This document shows, in pieces, positions 57,319-64,000 of a stretch of DNA of 64,000 nucleotides. A program made the position numbers and the translations under genes. Source of the DNA: an uncultured Nitrososphaeraceae archaeon (lineage in GTDB: Archaea; Thermoproteota; Nitrososphaeria; Nitrososphaerales; Nitrososphaeraceae); contig CAVXZB010000023.1 of assembly GCA_963765895.1 (NCBI GenBank), positions 96,001 to 160,000 of the forward strand, read 5' to 3'. Below the pieces are notes generated by a model that worked only from the letters and a program-made list of their open reading frames with translations, was not told the origin of the DNA and did not search any database. Position 1 is the stretch's first letter. Every line of letters starts with the position of its first letter.

Positions 57319-57801
57319 CTAGTCCAAATTAGTAATATCTGTTGGGAACCCGTCCTCTTTTGTCGCCCACGTAGGGTCGCAAATTGGTGCATACTTTCTA
57401 TATTGAACATCGAATCTGGAGTTGCGAAATATATTTGTCCATCGTTCTGTTGGTTTCATAAAAGCACCCATCGTATCTGTAGTTGTTCTGTTACTCGAGG
57501 ACTGATCTGAAGATGAACTAGAGGGTTGATCGATTGCTTTGATATTTCCTTTCACAATAAAGCCTTTACTATCAGAGGTTACATTAGGATCCGGATATTC
57601 AAATATCGTTTCGAACATAGTAAGGAATATCTTAGGATTATGAATGTAGCAAAGGAAAAAGTATATGCCACTTTGTCTAATGGAGCAATCCTTCTGAAAC
57701 TCGCTGTCTATTCTGTAATTCAATCTATAAGAAACACCCAGAACAGTATATCTCGCTAATCTGAGATAATTATTCATCAGCAAATTACAATATACCATCA
57801 A
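57319..57801 (-). CDS. Hypothetical protein or remnant
   Basis: 160-aa ORF with a Ser/Thr-rich linker; no recognisable family. Confidence 0.3.
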   Translation of the reverse strand: MMVYCNLLMNNYLRLARYTVLGVSYRLNYRIDSEFQKDCSIRQSGIYFFLCYIHNPKIFLTMFETIFEYPDPNVTSDSKGFIVKGNIKAIDQPSSSSSDQSSSNRTTTDTMGAFMKPTERWTNIFRNSRFDVQYRKYAPICDPTWATKEDGFPTDITNLD

Positions 57802-58132
57802 GTTTATATCAATAATTACATTGCACAGGATTTTGGGATAATGCTAGTAAACGATGTGGCGAAACTTTATGGTAATCTGGCTAAGGATTTGCTAGATGAA
57901 ATTCTTAGCAAATATGATATCACCATCTCACGATCCTCTTTACCATTAATATTGCGAACAAACCTAGGCTGAGCCTCAAAACTTATCTAATGAGTACAAA
58001 TCTATAGTAATGCTTGATTTATACGACTTAGCTAACTTAAGCTCTATAAAGATGTGTCTATACCACAAAAATTTTCCATAAAGATCCAGCATATTTTCTG
58101 AACAAGAACTTACTAATAGCTTTATTGCCGGT

Positions 58133-58648
58133 ATGGGTAGCGATACTTCTGATAGTACAATTGAACTTTATGAATCATGGAAAGACGATCCTAATAGAGA
58201 TATGAATACGGTAGCTGTATTAAATATCAATTTTAACCTAAACAAATTAGTTCCTCTTTTTACAAAAATGAGAAATTCTATAAAATGTATACCAAAGCGT
58301 GTTGGAAAGAATGGCACATCCAGCTTTTTAACACCTCTTTGGGATCCGAGCGATGTTTATAAAAGTTCCACTATCGTCTTTCATAATTTAGATGAGTGCC
58401 CCATGGGAAAAGACTGAATAATTGGGTAGCGGTATCTTTGGACAGATATATAACGCATCCTAGTCACCTTAGCAGAAACATCACCTGACTTTGTGGATGG
58501 TGGAGTTATCCCATCTTATTTGGGAGTTAATTCATCATTAACAATTTCAGCACTTGCTTTTAAAATCACAAAAAATGTCGTATCATTATCGAATATTCCA
58601 GTGGAACCAGTTATGATTGGTACAAAAACATTATGCTTTCCTAGATGA
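58133..58648 (+). pseudogene. C-terminal remnant of a GMC oxidoreductase (cholesterol oxidase-like)
   Basis: MGSDTSD..I, HNLDECPMGKD (cf. HPLGGCPMG), and in another frame VDGGVIPSYLGVNSSLTISALAFKI (cf. VDGS.IP..LGVNPSLTISALA). Confidence 0.75.
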
Positions 58649-58910
58649 CTCTTTTGGTAGCGATTACCTCATGTATGAATATGAATATGCTATATAACTA
58701 TAGTTTAGAATTTCACATGTAATTATATGCTAGAAAATGCTTGAGACTATATCCTAGTCTCAATGGCTAAGTTCTTTTGACGTCTCCAGCCTCTTGAAAT
58801 ACAGACAATCGATAGATCAGTAGGCGCTATCAAGACAGAACGATAATCAAGCCTTTCTATTTTTAGAATCAACGCATAGTATAATAAACGTCATTTACCA
58901 TTGCATATGA

Positions 58911-59747
58911 ATGAATTTAAGACGAGTCAACTATCCTGTATTCATACTAGTCGGCATCGTTGCATCTGTAATTTCTGTAATATCTGCACCTAATACGACT
59001 AACCCACTGCTATCTTCAGCATTTGCGGCTGGAGAAGTACAACAGAATCAACAACCAAACATAAAAGCATCAAATATTTATCAAACTCATATTATGGCAC
59101 TTGGGAAGAATATTAAAAATCTCATTATAGAAATTCCAAATGAAGGTCACGAGGATCCCACACAACCAAAGGAATTGAGAGTTGTCAATCAGCCTTACCT
59201 TCCTCGGAATGCAATTGTAAATCCTGGTACTACAGTAACATGGTTTAACGCAGATGCTGGTCACAAACATCAAATAACGTTGTTAAATAATAAAACTCAA
59301 ACCGTTGTATATGAAAGCGGTCTCTTCGACAACTTTGCCGCTTCAAAACCAATTAAGTTTAATAATACTGGTGCTTTTGCTTACTCTGGCCCAAGTAATG
59401 ATAAAGCAGTTCCAAACTATAAAATGAATGGAACCCTAACAGTTATCAATCAACCGCTTAGTAATTCATTTAATACTACATCGTCTACACCAGCAACATC
59501 TAATAATATTGATACTGTAAGTACAATTATTGTACCAGCAAAGAAACTTGATAAAGTAAGTTCAGATTTGAGAAATCAGGGTCTTGGAATTGACAATCAG
59601 TATCCATTCAAAAGTCTGCGTGGAGGTGGTGGAACAACTGGAGGAGATAAGAATCAAGTAATGTTAGTATTGACAAGTTCAGGAAAGAGCCTAAATCAAG
59701 TCATATCTGCTTTGAATAAAGTAGAACCTACCATGGGATATTCATAG
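58911..59747 (+). CDS. Secreted cupredoxin-fold-like protein lacking the type-1 Cys
   Basis: YLP.NA.V..GTTVTWFN.D..H.H, F...G.F.YS...MNGTLTV. Confidence 0.72.
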   Translation: MNLRRVNYPVFILVGIVASVISVISAPNTTNPLLSSAFAAGEVQQNQQPNIKASNIYQTHIMALGKNIKNLIIEIPNEGHEDPTQPKELRVVNQPYLPRNAIVNPGTTVTWFNADAGHKHQITLLNNKTQTVVYESGLFDNFAASKPIKFNNTGAFAYSGPSNDKAVPNYKMNGTLTVINQPLSNSFNTTSSTPATSNNIDTVSTIIVPAKKLDKVSSDLRNQGLGIDNQYPFKSLRGGGGTTGGDKNQVMLVLTSSGKSLNQVISALNKVEPTMGYS

Positions 59748-59982
59748 ATAAATATAGATCGAGAATATAAACAAGTAGAATTTAAAACCTGTGCGTGAAT
59801 ATCAAGATAAGTGGGATTATACTCCTAATTCTGCTCTTTTATTTTAACCTTTTCAGCCTGCAAACATTGTAGATATTATACTGCGCAGGACGAATCCCGT
59901 AGCGTATAAAAGTCTTCTATATGATTGCTATGTACAAATAGGTACCTGAGTGTAATTATTCAAGTCTTTCATACTATCGATA

Positions 59983-60474
59983 GTGGCTGATAAATTACGA
60001 GACATTAAAGAAACTACCTCAGATGCCGCTGAAATTATAAGAGAGCTTGGAAGTCCTGAGCTTCACAAATCACTTGATAAAATAAAAGAAACTGCCTTAA
60101 CTGCCCAGAATATATTGGCCAATCTGCGAGAACCAGAAATGGTAAAAAATATTGAAAATATAAGACTTATGGCCGAGTCGATCGAAGAAACATCAGCCAG
60201 AGTTGAAAAGATGGTAATCGAAATGAAAGCAACCGGAGTAATCGATCAGGCTTCGTCGGCTATCAAATCAGCAAAGAATGCTATAGATTCTATGGGCGAT
60301 CAGAATGGAGTGGGTGAGATGCCCATAGTAATTAAGGAGCTTATTAATTCTCTAAAGAGTCTAATTGATGAATTAAGGCTTGTGTTAGTTTCATCAAAAC
60401 AAAATGGCATTATACACAATGTTAACGAAGTTGTTCAGGAAACTGGCAGTATATACAAGAACTTGAAAGAGTAG
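59983..60474 (+). CDS. Helical/coiled-coil hypothetical protein
   Basis: 163-aa amphipathic helical repeats. Confidence 0.75.
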   Translation: MADKLRDIKETTSDAAEIIRELGSPELHKSLDKIKETALTAQNILANLREPEMVKNIENIRLMAESIEETSARVEKMVIEMKATGVIDQASSAIKSAKNAIDSMGDQNGVGEMPIVIKELINSLKSLIDELRLVLVSSKQNGIIHNVNEVVQETGSIYKNLKE

Positions 60475-60928
60475 CAGACCATGAGCAATCTTTGAATCAG
60501 CTTTGCAAAGATGATACTCACTATTTGTACCCAGCAGTGATTGTCATCATAGTGCGCATAGATATGCCAGAGTTCCTCTAACAGGACTTGCATACGCATA
60601 GAAAACATGGCAAGATTAATCTAATACAATGAAAAGAGATAGGATAATAATTGTGTTTAACCTTGATCTTGATCCTCGATGGATGACAAATGTAATATAC
60701 TATTCCTTGATCTAGAGCAATTAAAACTGGTGATTTAGGTGCAATGTAGTAAGGTTGGCAAATGGAATTGTCGGCCAGAATCTATTCAGTATTGATCTCC
60801 GATTAGTTACAGTAACGATATAATATACGTAACTCAAACAGATCATAAAGTGACGTATAACTGTATGAATATAGCCCTTAAATGGAACTATAATTAGATT
60901 GAGATTTAGAAGTTGGATTCTCATAAGT

Positions 60929-61687
60929 TCATGTTCTGGAATTCACTACCCCTTCTTTAATAAGTTCTGATCCGATCCCGTACCCAATTAGAGCAATGCC
61001 AGTTCCCAATCCGGCCATTTCAAGTCCCCCTTTCAGCCAATTCTTTTTTGCCATTCGAGATTTTATTGCGCCCACAGTAAATGATGATACTACACTAATT
61101 CCAATAGCTGTTGCAATTGCACTCCCAGAGGATATTAGCCCCGCCTTAACAATGAAATATGGCAAGATAGGTAGTATTCCACCTAGCAAAAATGCACCAA
61201 ACATTACTAGAGCTCCTCTTAAAGGGTTGCCAACTATCTCTAAATTAACACCGAGTTCCTCGGTTAGCATAGTCTTTAACCAGACTTTTTTATTTGAAGT
61301 AATAGTGTTTACGACAGTTTTAAGTACCTCTCCTTGAAATCCCTTCGCTTTGTAAATATCCTCTATCTCGGCCCTCTCTTTTTCCGGAACAGACTCGATT
61401 TCAAACTCCTCCCTTTTGATCTCTGATTCCAGAATCTCGCGTTGTGATTTTACCGCCAGGTAATTTTGGACCGCCATCGCCTTCGCGCCAGTAAACATGC
61501 CAACAAGAGCTGCCAAAATTACCACGTCAGCCGATATCGCAGCGCCACCTACACCAGCTACTATGCCCAGAGATGTATTAACACCGTCTCCAAAACCAAA
61601 TACTAGATCTCTAATATAGCTACTCTCTTTGATATGGGGTTCAATATGTGTTGTATTAAGCATATTTTTTCTTATAATTTTCACCAC
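60929..61687 (-). CDS. VIT1/CCC1 family Fe/Mn transporter
   Basis: IRDLVFGFGDG, AMAVQNYL, E-rich cytosolic metal-binding domain, MLTEELG, PILPY. Confidence 0.93.
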   Translation of the reverse strand: MVKIIRKNMLNTTHIEPHIKESSYIRDLVFGFGDGVNTSLGIVAGVGGAAISADVVILAALVGMFTGAKAMAVQNYLAVKSQREILESEIKREEFEIESVPEKERAEIEDIYKAKGFQGEVLKTVVNTITSNKKVWLKTMLTEELGVNLEIVGNPLRGALVMFGAFLLGGILPILPYFIVKAGLISSGSAIATAIGISVVSSFTVGAIKSRMAKKNWLKGGLEMAGLGTGIALIGYGIGSELIKEGVVNSRT

Positions 61688-62599
61688 ATAGTCTATATAA
61701 CTATAGCTTGACGATATAATTCAGCTAAAATTCTGAAATGGGATTAGATTATGGGTTGATAAAGTCGATATAACCTTTTCGTCCTCGTCAGAGGGAAATT
61801 CTTATACATACTTTATCCCCTTTATATCCCTCGTAGACGTGTTTTTCCGATGCTCAATCTAGATCTAGTCATCTCTCTAGTAATATCCTAATGGCTCATC
61901 GAATGCGTAGGCTATTATAATGTCCCACTAATGCATTTACTATCATTCCCATTAACTTGGATAACTGCATAGGTCTTCCTGGTCTAGCATAGGCTCACAA
62001 CTTCATTTCTCTTATTTTGTAGCATCCTAGCCAATGAATTGTGGATTCAGTTGAAATGACTAGGATTATTCCTACCAAATTTGGTGAATGGTTAGGTGAT
62101 TCAAGTAGGATTCTTGTTATCGATCCAACATCATAATATACCTTACGCGTATTCTATCTGTTATTATCATATTATTCCAATACAAACCTACTAAACGACT
62201 TATTCATACCATTATCTTCGATTCATCCTATGGCATCAATTTTTAAATTATTTACATAGCTAATTTTCTTACAGGTAAGACTCGACAGAATCTTGGCTAC
62301 TATTGATGATCGATCAGAGATATAATTGATTCCGACATTTGATTATTTTATCATTAGCGGGGCCAACAAGACAATCAACAGAGTGGATCCAATTAATGCT
62401 ATGAAAAAAAGGCGCTCTTTAGTTATTTTAATCCTTCTCAGGTCTACCTTCATAAGCCCGGTCTACAAAATAGTGTTGTTGTTTTCAACTATATACCTTA
62501 CTATTTCATGATTATTCGGAAGTCAAGTAGTCTGGGTGTTTTATTTTCAATGTATTTACAAATAGCGAATAAATTCATGGACTTTGACTACATAAGATG

Positions 62600-62935
62600 T
62601 CATTGACTCTTTAATTCTAAAAGAGCCCTGTTTATCAAAGCTGATAGACCAGTATACTTTGTAAGTGATGTAACTAATAATTGAAATTCATGATCATCTA
62701 TGTATCCTTCATCATACTTCATCTCGATGATCTCGTTTTCAGTGTGTACCAAGACCGTTACAAGACAATATCGACCTCGCTTAGGGTCGAAATTCTCAAT
62801 GTATTCTCTTAGTTCTATATGTCTTATCAAATAACCTTGATTGTCAATATTACCGTTTGACAATAGTACAGCAGATCTATATGCCTCAGTTTTGATCCTA
62901 CCATTTTCTACATCGCTTATTTTTTTCATAATCAA
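62600..62935 (-). CDS. Hypothetical protein, coupled to the PurF-like gene
   Basis: 111-aa ORF overlapping the upstream stop codon by 4 bp. Confidence 0.75.
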   Translation of the reverse strand: MIMKKISDVENGRIKTEAYRSAVLLSNGNIDNQGYLIRHIELREYIENFDPKRGRYCLVTVLVHTENEIIEMKYDEGYIDDHEFQLLVTSLTKYTGLSALINRALLELKSQ

Positions 62936-64000
62936 TTACGATAATCCAAAAACCGAACCCATTCTGGAAACCATAGATTGTTTTCAGGCAGACCAATCCC
63001 CTTGGCTAGAATAGCTGGTGAATTATAATAAACAGTATCCGCACCGATCTGATTTCCGATTTTCTCATTAATCTGATCAATTGTTGATACCTGGCCTACA
63101 TATTTACTTGCGATCAGATCTCTATTTTGAGTATATAACCCTACTTGTCTCCCATCAATCGTCGGTGGATATGTTACAATGACAGATATTTTTTTGACAC
63201 CTGCATCTCGCAAGTAGTACATTGTTTCCCTGACTGTACTTCCGGTCTGAATGGTCCCTTGGATTATTGCAATTCTCTTGTTTTCAATTAGTTCTTTTAC
63301 CACAAATTTTAGAGATCGGCCTGTGAAAAGCAACTTATTTTTACTTACCTCTTCTGAGAAATCTATCATATGGTCAGAGTCATCATATCTGTCTTTAATT
63401 ATACCCTCTGAAATATCAAAATTCTCATGGTGTTTATGGTATTCATTACTGAATCCTAGGGTCATAGGACGTGTATAATCAGGTTCGGCGTGTGCCGTAT
63501 CAATATCTAACCATTTGGACACAAAGTTGGCTTGTTCTTTGCCAATGTTTTTCCTGACTTGATAAATGCTTTTGCCGTTGATTGTTGCTGCGACATTTGA
63601 TTCCCGTACAAATTCAAATGGATCCATCATTAGGTTTGAATAGTCTAATGTCTCAATAATTTCTAACCCATCTGCATCACTCAGTTTTATCAGCTGACCT
63701 GGTAATACGTCTTTGAATTTTAGATCGATTAGTGAACTTTGGAGAGAATTTTCTGACGCCAGAAGGTACATGCTCTTCCTCTTGTTTGTAGCCATCACAA
63801 GCGGTTTAAAGCCAGGTACCGTTTCTGAATGCATATATAGTGTTTTTTGTCATTAACAACAGATTACCTCGTAGATGTCTATCTAGAAAGTCTACTGCGC
63901 GGTCAGGTCGCTTCTTTTGTAGTAACAGATCAGTAAATATGTAATAGATTTTAAAAAGCGAATCATACTCTCTAGCTGCACCAATGTACGGATGTAAATG
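62932..64000 (-). CDS. Divergent amidophosphoribosyltransferase (PurF)-like protein, 5'-partial, with frameshift(s) near 63820
   Basis: YAFR..GFKPLV, LASEN, DVLPGQ, SIYQVRKNIG, EPD..RPMTLGFS, EGIIKDRY, LRDAGVKKI...YPP. The frame continues to the window end. Confidence 0.8.

Noticed and set aside
45830-62560. Fragmentary ORF-like stretches in long spacers (45.9-46.4, 47.2-48.1, 48.6-49.3, 55.6-56.4, 61.7-62.5 kb)
   Set aside because: Probably old pseudogenes, but I could not assign any family by eye; a translated homology search is needed.
1289-63478. Numerous antisense or overlapping ORFs in the track (e.g. 4916, 8696, 17742, 44591, 51364, 60996)
   Set aside because: They are shadows of confidently assigned genes or of repeats on the other strand, with no motifs of their own.
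455-63834. More than 20 frameshifts (atpI, atpB, atpC, rqcH, cdc48, hydantoinase, FTR1, S8, cbtB, ABC ATPase) as programmed frameshifting or mass pseudogenisation
   Set aside because: They are single-base indels in essential genes with otherwise intact motifs and share no slippery site or stimulator. Unpolished long-read error is the simplest explanation; read mapping would confirm.

Overview
AT-rich window from an ammonia-oxidising archaeon (Nitrososphaerota, most likely a soil Nitrososphaeraceae). The evidence is the thaumarchaeal A-type ATP synthase, the cbi genes, TATA-box promoters and family-typical hypothetical proteins. The left ~30 kb is mostly core genome: atpE-A-B-D-K-I plus a detached atpC, Rqc2/NFACT, CBS and Mut7-C proteins, cbiT-cbiL-cbiF, a MurI-like racemase, a hydantoinase/oxoprolinase A, CDC48 and HflX, with a decayed IS5-family element. 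The right ~30 kb is an accessory region rich in metal-handling genes: a multidomain FTR1 iron permease and a stand-alone copy of its soluble repeat, cbtBA, a cluster A-I metal ABC transporter with NikR, VIT1/CCC1, a Cys-less cupredoxin and DUF2024. It also carries secreted proteins, regulators and pseudogenes. Many genes, including essential ones, are split by single-base indels, most likely assembly or sequencing errors. The most notable observations are: (i) a palindrome ATTCTC-N6-GAGAAT placed 11-13 bp upstream of the TATA box of four genes, including both iron-permease-related genes (candidate new activator regulon); (ii) DtxR/MntR-like and NikR-like operators; (iii) a glutamate racemase homologue with both catalytic Cys replaced by Ser, next to a lone oxoprolinase-A; (iv) a PurF paralogue that has lost its PRPP-binding and Fe-S residues. 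No rRNA, tRNA or CRISPR array was seen.
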